Positions 49,789-58,429 of a stretch of DNA of 64,000 nt are shown here, one piece after another (position 1 is the stretch's first letter; each line of letters begins with the position of its first letter). The position numbers were made by a program, and so were the translations under genes. The stretch lies in contig CABYLQ010000001.1 in NCBI GenBank assembly GCA_902519845.1, forward strand, positions 345,808 to 409,807, in the 5' to 3' direction. The notes under the pieces were generated by a model. The model was not told the DNA's origin. It worked only from the letters and a program-made list of their open reading frames with translations, and made no database searches. The stretch is from an uncultured Candidatus Actinomarina sp. (lineage in GTDB: Bacteria > Actinomycetota > Acidimicrobiia > Actinomarinales > Actinomarinaceae).

Positions 49789-50421
49789 ATGCATATTCCT
49801 ACAATTTACAATCCAAAGATTTCTGATAAAGATACTATCTTTGCTCTTGACACTGAAAAGCATCATCATTTAAAAAATGTTTTAAGAATTAAGGATGACA
49901 CTAAGGTTAAAATTTCAAATGGAAAAGGTAAGATTTATACAGGTAATTTATCTAATAAAAATATTTCAGTCGAATCTAATGAAATATTTTTAAGAAAAAG
50001 TGATTTAAATATTTTTATTGCAATTATTCAAGATAAAGAAAGATTACGTTTTATTATCGAAAAACTTACCGAACTTTCTGTTAATTCAATTTCTATAGGT
50101 CCAACCGAACATTCCCAGAAATTAAAAATAAATAGCGAAAAATTAGAAAAATGGTCTATTTCTGCTGTAGAGCAATCTGGAAATGCTTTTAAACCGGAAA
50201 TAAATTTAGTTGATAAATTGGATTTCAAAAAATTTAAACATGCTTTTGACATATCTGGTGAGAATATAAAAAATAATTTAGATCAAAAAGATATTGCTAT
50301 TGGTCCTGAAGGAGGGTGGTCGGATAAAGAAATTGAAAATTTTGATTATATTTCAAAAATTGCTGATTTTACCCTTAGAACGGAAACCGCATCAATACTT
50401 GGTGTATCCTTATTGATGTAA
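49789..50421 (+). CDS. rsmE: 16S rRNA (uracil1498-N3)-methyltransferase RsmE-like
   Basis: N-terminal PUA-like region (HHLKNVLRIKDDTKVKISNGKGKIY) and C-terminal GPEGGWS motif of the RsmE SPOUT family; 210 aa. Confidence 0.55.
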   Translation: MHIPTIYNPKISDKDTIFALDTEKHHHLKNVLRIKDDTKVKISNGKGKIYTGNLSNKNISVESNEIFLRKSDLNIFIAIIQDKERLRFIIEKLTELSVNSISIGPTEHSQKLKINSEKLEKWSISAVEQSGNAFKPEINLVDKLDFKKFKHAFDISGENIKNNLDQKDIAIGPEGGWSDKEIENFDYISKIADFTLRTETASILGVSLLM

Positions 50422-50429
50422 AATAAATT

Positions 50430-50768
50430 ATGGAAGAAAAATCAATATTTGAGATGATTCTTGATAAAGAATTAGAATCGGAAATAATTTATGAAGATGA
50501 AGATATATTTTCAATTAAAGATATTAACCCAATTGCACTTGTTCATTTATTGATAATCCCAAAAAAGAGAATTAATACTATAAATGATATTTCCGAAGGA
50601 GATACATTATTAATTGGAAAGATGTTCCAAGTAGCAAAGAATTTAGCAAAAGAATATGAGATAGATGAAAGTGGATATAGATTAATATTTAATACAAATG
50701 ATGATGGGGGTCAGACTGTTTACCATATACATCTTCATCTAATTGGTGGAGAAAAACTAAAGTGGTAG
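50430..50768 (+). CDS. HIT-family (histidine triad) nucleotide hydrolase
   Basis: 112 aa with the HxHxHxx triad (YHIHLHLIGG). Confidence 0.8.
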   Translation: MEEKSIFEMILDKELESEIIYEDEDIFSIKDINPIALVHLLIIPKKRINTINDISEGDTLLIGKMFQVAKNLAKEYEIDESGYRLIFNTNDDGGQTVYHIHLHLIGGEKLKW

Positions 50769-51694
50769 TAGAAAAAGTTATTCCTACAGATGTTGAGTTA
50801 CTGAATTTATTCGGCATAAACGATAGTAATTTAAAATACTTAAAAAAAATATTCCCAAATGTAAAAATAAATGCGAGAGGAAATATTCTCTACTTAGATG
50901 GAAATCAAAGTAATATAGATAAACTTTTAAGTTTGATTGATGAAATGATCACCTTAAACCAAAATAAACAATCAATTGAGATTACAGACATAGAATTATT
51001 AATGAATATGAATGGTTCACTAAACGGTGATAATAAAAAACTAAGTACAATTAACATCACAAATAATAAATCGATAAAAGTTAAAAATGTAAGTCAATAT
51101 AAGTACATTGATACAATCATGAATTCTACTGTAACCTTTGGAGTTGGTCCTGCAGGAACTGGCAAGACTTTTTTGGCAGTAGCAAGCGCAGTAAAATTGT
51201 ATTCAGAAGATATAATCAAAAAGATAGTTTTAACGAGACCTGCAGTTGAAGCAGGTGAAAAATTAGGATTTCTCCCAGGTGATTTATCACAAAAAATTGA
51301 TCCTTACTTAGTACCTTTATTCGATTCACTTGAATACTTTTTTGGAAATGAAAACTTGGAGTATCTCATTGAAAAAAGAAATATAGAAATAGTTCCTCTT
51401 GCATATATGAGAGGTAGAACATTGAATAATGCTTGCATTATTCTTGATGAGGCACAAAATGCAACATCAGGTCAAATTAAAATGTTTTTAACAAGGTTAG
51501 GAGAGAACTCAAAAGTTATTATCACTGGTGATGAATCTCAAATAGATCTTTACAATACAGATAACTCTGGCCTTAAAAGAACAAGAAAAGCTCTTTCAAA
51601 TATTGAAGAAATATCTGTAATGGAATTTGAAAATTCTGATATTGTTAGGAACCCTATAGTGTCAAAAATATTAGAAGTTTTTCCAAAAAAATAA
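50762..51694 (+). CDS. phoH: PhoH-like ATPase
   Basis: Walker A GPAGTGKT, DEAQN Walker B; conserved phoH-ybeY neighbourhood. Confidence 0.85.
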   Translation: MVVEKVIPTDVELLNLFGINDSNLKYLKKIFPNVKINARGNILYLDGNQSNIDKLLSLIDEMITLNQNKQSIEITDIELLMNMNGSLNGDNKKLSTINITNNKSIKVKNVSQYKYIDTIMNSTVTFGVGPAGTGKTFLAVASAVKLYSEDIIKKIVLTRPAVEAGEKLGFLPGDLSQKIDPYLVPLFDSLEYFFGNENLEYLIEKRNIEIVPLAYMRGRTLNNACIILDEAQNATSGQIKMFLTRLGENSKVIITGDESQIDLYNTDNSGLKRTRKALSNIEEISVMEFENSDIVRNPIVSKILEVFPKK

Positions 51695-53868
51695 TGAGAG
51701 ATTATATTTCTTTTGGTAAAAAACTCATTTATATAATTTTATTTGGGGGCCTAGTTTGGTTTATTTCATTCTCAATCTTTCCTGAAAATCAAGTTATTAA
51801 AATTAGTGTTGGAGAAGAATCTCCTACAACATTTTTAGCACCTAAATATATTGAAATTATTGACCAACAGCAAACAGATATAAATATTCAACAAGCGGTT
51901 GAATCTGTAAATCCAATATATTCGATAAACACTGATTTAAATCAAACAGTTTTGAATGGAGTAACAAATATGTTTTTAACTGTAATTGAATCAAGAACAG
52001 AAGAAGTTTTAATTGCAGCCGACCAAGAGGATGTTGGCGAAAATGCACAGCCAACAGTAGAAATTGTTAACTTAAACAAAATTCAACAAATAGAAAGAAT
52101 CGCTAGCTCACTTTTATTCTCGACCATATCAACAGCAAATATTGAAGTTTTAGTTGAGATTTCAAATTATGACTTACAAAATAAATCCAGTTATCTTTCA
52201 CAGTTAGAGCTCGAGGCTAAAAGTCTTGCAAACGAAATTCTTTTAATTGGTATAAATAATGACAATTTAAACCAGACAAGGCAGAATCTTGTTTCAAATC
52301 CACCATATCTTGATTTATCAAGTGATTTATTTGCATTAATACCAGAAAGTAGATTGAGGTCTTCTGTTGCGGAACTTATTGCAGAAAATCTGATTGTTAA
52401 TCAAAAATTAGAACAAGAACTATGGGATGAGCAAAAAGACAAGGTAGCAAGTTCAGTTGAGCCAGTAATTATAAAATATTTTGAAGAAGACATCGTTGTC
52501 AGTGAAGGTGAGAAAATAAACATAGTTCAATACAATGCATTAGATAATTTTGGTTATTTATCGGGTGAATCAAGAAGTATACAAACAGCTGCAATCCCCA
52601 TCATTTTTTCAGTTTTTGTTTTAATTTATTTTCTTCTTTGGCGTTTCAAAGACTCAATGTGGAACAATGATAACGAGTTTCTCTTACTGCTTTCATTGAT
52701 CCTTGTTTCATCAATTTTTCTAAGAGGTATTTCTTATTTTTCGCAGAGTTTTGACTTGAATTACTTAAAATATGCTGTTCCAATCTCGTTTGTTGGGGTA
52801 GTATCTGCAGTTTTACTTAACTTAAGAGCAACCCTGATTTTGTCACTTTCAAGTTCTTTATTAGCACTGGCAGGTGGTGGAAATATAGGTTTAGTTGCTA
52901 TGGGTGCTGTATTAACAGTTGTGCCTTCAATATTTTTATCAGAAGATATAGACAGGATTACTTTACGTGAAAGAATTATATACATTACGTTATCTCAACC
53001 GATAGTTGCTTTTGGAATATTCTTTTTTTTGAGAGAGAATTTTAGCTTTATTGAAATCATAGTTTCTTCGTTGATTGGCGGATTAGTAGGTAATTTAGCT
53101 GCATTTTCACTTATAAACTATATTGAACTGGCATTTAGATTAACTACGAATTTTAGGTTGTCAGAAATAGCGGACAGAAATCACCCAGGTCTTAGGTATT
53201 TAGAGGAAAAAGCTTTAGGAACATTTAATCATTCACTAGTAGTGGGAACACTTGCAGACAGGGCAGCAAATCTCATTGGAGCAAACTCACAATTAGTAAG
53301 AGCTATGGCATATTTTCATGATTTAGGAAAAACTGAAAATCCTACTATGTTTGTTGAAAATCAATTCGGCTCAAGCAATCCACACGATAATTTAACTACC
53401 GACAATTCAGTACAAATTATAAGATCACATGTTCCTGATGGTGTTAGATTAGCTAAAAAATTTAAAATCCCCGAAGCTGTTTATAGAGGAATAATTGAAC
53501 ACCACGGAGATTCAGTAATGAGATATTTTTATGAGAAAGAAAAACAAATGAATCCAGATGTTTTAAAAGATGACTTTAGGCATCTTGGACAAAAGCCAAG
53601 TTCAAAAGAAACTGTTATTTTAATGTTTGCAGACTCACTTGAAGCTGCATGCAGGGCTAGATTTCAGTATGAGGATGCTGACGACAAAAAAATTGCGAAC
53701 TTAGTAAATGAAATTTTTGATGAAAAGATTAATGACGGGCAATTATTAGATGCTCCGATTACCTTTCAGGATCTTGAAAAAATAAAACAGTCATTTCAGG
53801 CAAGCCTTGAGGGCTTGTATCATCAAAGAGTTCTATATCCAGAATTTACAGACGACGAAGAAGAATAG
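51694..53868 (+). CDS. 7TM receptor with intracellular HD hydrolase domain (7TM-HD / YqfF-like)
   Basis: N-terminal signal/TM, large extracytoplasmic domain, 7-TM block, C-terminal HD domain (HSLVVGT...YFHDLGK). Sits between phoH and ybeY as in many Gram-positives. Confidence 0.72.
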   Translation: MRDYISFGKKLIYIILFGGLVWFISFSIFPENQVIKISVGEESPTTFLAPKYIEIIDQQQTDINIQQAVESVNPIYSINTDLNQTVLNGVTNMFLTVIESRTEEVLIAADQEDVGENAQPTVEIVNLNKIQQIERIASSLLFSTISTANIEVLVEISNYDLQNKSSYLSQLELEAKSLANEILLIGINNDNLNQTRQNLVSNPPYLDLSSDLFALIPESRLRSSVAELIAENLIVNQKLEQELWDEQKDKVASSVEPVIIKYFEEDIVVSEGEKINIVQYNALDNFGYLSGESRSIQTAAIPIIFSVFVLIYFLLWRFKDSMWNNDNEFLLLLSLILVSSIFLRGISYFSQSFDLNYLKYAVPISFVGVVSAVLLNLRATLILSLSSSLLALAGGGNIGLVAMGAVLTVVPSIFLSEDIDRITLRERIIYITLSQPIVAFGIFFFLRENFSFIEIIVSSLIGGLVGNLAAFSLINYIELAFRLTTNFRLSEIADRNHPGLRYLEEKALGTFNHSLVVGTLADRAANLIGANSQLVRAMAYFHDLGKTENPTMFVENQFGSSNPHDNLTTDNSVQIIRSHVPDGVRLAKKFKIPEAVYRGIIEHHGDSVMRYFYEKEKQMNPDVLKDDFRHLGQKPSSKETVILMFADSLEAACRARFQYEDADDKKIANLVNEIFDEKINDGQLLDAPITFQDLEKIKQSFQASLEGLYHQRVLYPEFTDDEEE

Positions 53869-53871
53869 ATA

Positions 53872-54315
53872 TTGATAATTCTTCTTAACGGATATTTTTA
53901 TAATCACGAAAAACTTAAGGTCTCAATAGCTGTTGATGAATTTTCAAAAAAATTCAATATTCCAAAAAATTTTTATTTTACAGTTCATTCAATAAATGAA
54001 GATGAGTCTAGAAAAATAAATAAAAAAACATTCAATAAGAACTTTCCAACAGATGTTTTATCTTTTCCCTTGTACAACAACATAGACTCTATTAATAATT
54101 TAGATAAAAATATGTCAGAAGATATGGGTGATATGTTCGTTTGTCGTAATGTTATTAAAAAGAATGCCAAAATTTATAATAAAGATTTTTCTGAAGAACT
54201 ACAATATATTGTAATTCATGGTCTTTTGCATTTAATAGGTTATTCACATAAAAAAAATGACAAATTGAAGATCTATGAAGAGGAACTTATGAAAAGAATT
54301 TGGAATGAATCTTAA
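53872..54315 (+). CDS. ybeY: Endoribonuclease YbeY (rRNA maturation factor)
   Basis: Zinc-binding motif HGLLHLIGYSH; 147 aa. Confidence 0.85.
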   Translation: MIILLNGYFYNHEKLKVSIAVDEFSKKFNIPKNFYFTVHSINEDESRKINKKTFNKNFPTDVLSFPLYNNIDSINNLDKNMSEDMGDMFVCRNVIKKNAKIYNKDFSEELQYIVIHGLLHLIGYSHKKNDKLKIYEEELMKRIWNES

Positions 54316-55003
54316 GGATATAGATCTCAATCACATAGCCATAATAATGGATGGAAATGGCAGATGGGCTACAAACCAAGGGTTGGATAGAACAGCTGGA
54401 CATGCAGCTGGTGAATTCTCCCTTTCTCGTTCAATAGATTGGTCCCTGGACAATAATCTAGAGTGGCTAACGGTGTTTGCTTTTTCAACAGAAAACTGGT
54501 CAAGGTCTAAAGAAGAGGTTGATTTTTTAATGTTTTTCAATAGAGATATATTAATCAGAAGGAGAGAGGAATTTAATGATAAAGGAGTAAAATTTCATTT
54601 TATTGGTGATTTAGCAGATGAAAGAATTCCTGATGAAAATAAAAGGTTAATGAGTGAGACTCAAGAAATAACAAAAAATAATTCAAATTTAAACCTTGTT
54701 TTTGCATTTAATTATGGATCAAGAAAAGAAATCTACGATGCTATAACAAAAGTAAGTAAAAATGATATTGATGCAATCAATGAAGAATCTTTTAGGTCTA
54801 ACTTACTGCTTCCAGAAATGCCTGATCCTGATTTACTCATTCGTACCGCTGGTGAGAAGAGAGTTAGTAATTTTCTTCTCTATCAATTGAGCTACACTGA
54901 ACTTATGTTTGTCGATACACTTTGGCCAGACTTTGATGAAAATCAATTAGATTTGGCTGTTAAAGAGTTTGAAAATCGAGTTAGAAAGTATGGAAATGCC
55001 TGA
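54305..55003 (+). CDS. uppS: Undecaprenyl diphosphate synthase (cis-prenyltransferase)
   Basis: HIAIIMDGNGRWA and FAFSTENWSR motifs. Confidence 0.88.
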   Translation: MNLKDIDLNHIAIIMDGNGRWATNQGLDRTAGHAAGEFSLSRSIDWSLDNNLEWLTVFAFSTENWSRSKEEVDFLMFFNRDILIRRREEFNDKGVKFHFIGDLADERIPDENKRLMSETQEITKNNSNLNLVFAFNYGSRKEIYDAITKVSKNDIDAINEESFRSNLLLPEMPDPDLLIRTAGEKRVSNFLLYQLSYTELMFVDTLWPDFDENQLDLAVKEFENRVRKYGNA

Positions 55004-56279
55004 AGAAATATTTGATAAGGTTGTGAAAATTGCTCAAGCAAGAGGATTTGTGTTTAATGCCTCATCTATATACGGTGGGTTAAGAAGTTCTTATGATTAT
55101 GGACCACTTGGGGTACTTTTAAAAAATAATATTTCAAGCATGTGGTGGAGTAGTATTAACAGCCTTGATGTTGAAATCTATCCAATTGATACTGCAATTA
55201 TACAGTCAAGTGAAGTATGGAAGGCATCTGGCCATTTAGCTGAGTTCACCGATCCAATGGTTGATCATAAACCTACTGGTGAAAGATACAGGGCGGATCA
55301 GGTACCTACGGATTTAAAAAAAGAAGATTTAACGGAGCCACGTCAATTTAACCTTATGTTTGAAACTAGTATTGGTCCAGTAGAAAATGAAAACTCAGCT
55401 GTTTATTTAAGACCTGAAACTGCACAAGGTATATTTGTTAACTTTGAGAATGTTTTACGTACCATGAGAGCAAAAATTCCATTTGGAATTGGAAATATTG
55501 GAAAGTCTTTTAGAAACGAAATCACACCCGGACAATTTATTTTTAGGACTAGGGAATTTGAACAAATGGAGATTGAATTCTTTTGTGATGAAAGTGAAGA
55601 GGATAAATGGTTTGATTACTGGGTTGAAAATAGACTAAATTGGTATAAAAATCTTGGTATTCCAGAGAAAAAATTAAGAATTAGAAATCATGAAAAATCT
55701 GAGCTTGCTCATTATGCGAAAAAAACATCAGATATTGAATTTGAGTATCCATGGGGATGGGGTGAACTTGAAGGAATTGCTAATAGAGGTAATTTTGATT
55801 TAAATGCACATCAAGAAAGCAGTGGTAAGGATTTAAAATACTTTGATCCGGTTACAGAAAGTAAATTTACTCCATCTGTCATAGAGCCAGCAGGTGGTCT
55901 AACTAGAACCCTTTTTGCTGTTTTATTATCTTTATATGAAGAAGAAGAAATAGAAAATGAAACAAGAACGCTATTTAAATTTAATTTTGATCTTGCACCT
56001 ATTCAAATCGGAATACTTCCGTTAAGCAAAAAAGAAGAATTAATCACAGTTTGCAATCAGATAAACTCTTCTCTTCGATCAAACTTTAGAACAGAAATTG
56101 ATATTACCCAATCTATTGGAAAAAGATACAGAAGACAGGATGAAATAGGTACTCCTTATTGTGTAACGGTAGATTTTGATACTTTAGAGGATAATTCTGT
56201 GACAGTGAGAAGCAGAGATATAATGGAACAAGAAAGAATCAAAATCGAAGACTTAAGAGACTATTTCAGTAATTTTTAA
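54990..56279 (+). CDS. glyQS: Glycine--tRNA ligase (class II, alpha2 dimeric form)
   Basis: N-terminal GFVF.SS.IYGGL, class II motifs, C-terminal anticodon-binding domain. Start ATG 54990, overlapping uppS by 14 nt. Confidence 0.85.
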   Translation: MEMPEEIFDKVVKIAQARGFVFNASSIYGGLRSSYDYGPLGVLLKNNISSMWWSSINSLDVEIYPIDTAIIQSSEVWKASGHLAEFTDPMVDHKPTGERYRADQVPTDLKKEDLTEPRQFNLMFETSIGPVENENSAVYLRPETAQGIFVNFENVLRTMRAKIPFGIGNIGKSFRNEITPGQFIFRTREFEQMEIEFFCDESEEDKWFDYWVENRLNWYKNLGIPEKKLRIRNHEKSELAHYAKKTSDIEFEYPWGWGELEGIANRGNFDLNAHQESSGKDLKYFDPVTESKFTPSVIEPAGGLTRTLFAVLLSLYEEEEIENETRTLFKFNFDLAPIQIGILPLSKKEELITVCNQINSSLRSNFRTEIDITQSIGKRYRRQDEIGTPYCVTVDFDTLEDNSVTVRSRDIMEQERIKIEDLRDYFSNF

Positions 56280-57910
56280 TGGGAATTTCTAAACAGTCAA
56301 TTGAAGATTTAAAAAATAAATCAAAGATTAGCGATTTTATTTTAAGTTCCACAACTGGAAAACTTAGAGGAAATAAAGGGATGGCACTCTGTCCTTTTCA
56401 TGGTGAAAAGACAGCAAGTATGAGCTTTACAGATGAAGAAAATCTTTTTCACTGCTTTGGCTGTAGAGAAGGCGGGGATATATTTAAATATATTCAATTA
56501 ATTAATAATGTTGAATTTCAAGAATCAGTTGAAATTGCTGCAGACAAATATAGTTTCAACCTTACATATACAGATTCAAAATTTGAAAGCGATCAAAAAA
56601 ATTTAGTTAGTTACATGAATAAGTTAACTGATTATTTTGTAAAAAATATGAATGAGGGTAAAAGTCAAGATTCAATAAATTATCTTAAATCAAGAAACCT
56701 TGAAGGGATGGATATTAAAGAATTCAAAATAGGTTTTGCCGAAAAAAATGAAAGTGATATTTTTAAATTCATAAATACGCTAGGCATATCAAAAAATGAA
56801 TTAAGAAATCTTGGGTTGCTCAGCGATAAAGGAAATCTTCTTTTTAAAAATAGAATTATATTTCCCATTACAAACTTAAGAAATGACACAATAGGCTTTG
56901 GTGGAAGAGCAATTGAAGACTTTGGTCCAAAGTATATTAACTCTGCTGAATCGGGAGTTTATAAAAAGAACAGGGCTTTGTATTTTACAGACAATTTTCT
57001 ATCAGTTGTAAAAAAGAAAAAATTTGTGATTCTTGTTGAAGGGTATTTTGATGTAATTGCATTTAATAAATTGGGATATGCAAATGTTGCTTCGCCCTCA
57101 GGTACAGCTCTAACAGTTCAACAATTAAATCTTCTTTCAAGATATACGAAAGATATTTATATATGTTTTGATAATGATACAGCTGGTGATATGGCTACAA
57201 AAAGAATTCTTGAAATTAAAAATAATCAACCTTCAGACCTCAACTTTTTTAAATTGAATTTGCCAGATAATTACAAAGACATATCTGAATTTTTTGAAGA
57301 CGGAGAGAAAAATATTAAAAATATATTTGATCAAAAAGAAGAGTTGGTAGAGTTTTGTATCAATATGATAATTGACACAAATGATACAAAGAAAACTTTT
57401 CAAGAATTTAAAAACATTACAAAGTTTCTGAGTCCATTAGAAAAAGATTTAGCGATAAGTTTTTTGAGTGAAAATATAGGAATAACAAAAGAAGTTATTT
57501 TAAATGAATTAAATTACCAATCTAACAATGAATCGGATGAGGTACAACAGTTTGAAAAAAGTGACATTAATCACATCAATACATTCCAAGAAATATTAAT
57601 TGCTGATTTAATTAAAAGTAAATTTGATTATGATGATGAGATTGAATATCTTTTAAATATTAATGAAAATTTCAAAAAATTAATATTAGACATAAAATCT
57701 AATAAAAATCCTGAAGAAAGCGAAAAGTATCAAAATATTTCTTATACAGATGAGCAACTTAGAGAAGCTGTATCGAGATTGTATATTTATTTCGCAGATA
57801 ATAAAATTGACACATTGATTAAGGTAATGGACGAATCAAATGACTTGTCAATTCTCGAAGATTTAGAACATTTGAAAAAGAAAATCGAATTTTATCAGAA
57901 TACTCTTTAA
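56279..57910 (+). CDS. dnaG: DNA primase
   Basis: Zinc-ribbon CPFHGEKTASMSF...CFGC; TOPRIM domain (EGYFDVIA... DNDTAGD). 543 aa. Confidence 0.85.
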   Translation: MGISKQSIEDLKNKSKISDFILSSTTGKLRGNKGMALCPFHGEKTASMSFTDEENLFHCFGCREGGDIFKYIQLINNVEFQESVEIAADKYSFNLTYTDSKFESDQKNLVSYMNKLTDYFVKNMNEGKSQDSINYLKSRNLEGMDIKEFKIGFAEKNESDIFKFINTLGISKNELRNLGLLSDKGNLLFKNRIIFPITNLRNDTIGFGGRAIEDFGPKYINSAESGVYKKNRALYFTDNFLSVVKKKKFVILVEGYFDVIAFNKLGYANVASPSGTALTVQQLNLLSRYTKDIYICFDNDTAGDMATKRILEIKNNQPSDLNFFKLNLPDNYKDISEFFEDGEKNIKNIFDQKEELVEFCINMIIDTNDTKKTFQEFKNITKFLSPLEKDLAISFLSENIGITKEVILNELNYQSNNESDEVQQFEKSDINHINTFQEILIADLIKSKFDYDDEIEYLLNINENFKKLILDIKSNKNPEESEKYQNISYTDEQLREAVSRLYIYFADNKIDTLIKVMDESNDLSILEDLEHLKKKIEFYQNTL

Positions 57911-57933
57911 TACATACTATTATTAATTTGCTA

Positions 57934-58006
57934 TCCGAGGTAGCTCAATTGGCAGAGCAGCGGACTGTTAATCCGTTGGTTGTGGGTTCAAGTCCCACCC
58001 TCGGAG
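57934..58006 (+). tRNA. tRNA-Asn (anticodon GTT)
   Basis: Acceptor TCCGAGG/CCTCGGA; anticodon loop ctGTTaa; T-arm GGTTCAAGTCC; followed by a T6 run. Confidence 0.8.
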
Positions 58007-58054
58007 CTTTTTTAATTAGAAAAAAAAAGTATAATTACATGTGAATGGAGGATA

Positions 58055-58345
58055 ATGGATAATTTAGTAGAACTAATCCAAACAAATGCAGAAGGCAAAG
58101 ATCTAAGTGTTCTTGGAGGAACTGTAAAGCTTGTTGTTGATGATCAAATTGTCTTTGTTAAACCAGATGGAGAAATCTCTGGAAGTGACGAAGAGGCAGA
58201 TTGTACAATGACAATTGATTCAGAAACAATGCAATCAATAATGAACGGTGAAACCAGTGGGCAAGCTGCATTTATGACTGGAAAGCTTAAAGTTTCTGGT
58301 GATATGGGAATTGCTCTTAAAACTCAATCATTTTTAGGCAAGTAA
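58055..58345 (+). CDS. SCP-2 sterol-transfer-domain small protein
   Basis: 96 aa; C-terminal AFMTGKLKVSGDMGIALK matches the SCP2 family signature. Confidence 0.65.
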   Translation: MDNLVELIQTNAEGKDLSVLGGTVKLVVDDQIVFVKPDGEISGSDEEADCTMTIDSETMQSIMNGETSGQAAFMTGKLKVSGDMGIALKTQSFLGK

Positions 58346-58353
58346 TTAAATTA

Positions 58354-58427
58354 GGGCCTGTAGCTCAGTTGGTTAGAGCAACGGACTCATAATCCGTCGG
58401 TCGCAGGTTCGAGTCCTGCCGGGCCCA
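58354..58427 (+). tRNA. tRNA with CAT anticodon (elongator tRNA-Met or lysidine-modified tRNA-Ile2)
   Basis: Acceptor GGGCCTG/CGGGCCC; anticodon loop ctCATaa; T-arm GGTTCGAGTCC. G1-C72 pair argues against initiator. Confidence 0.75.
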
Positions 58428-58429
58428 CA

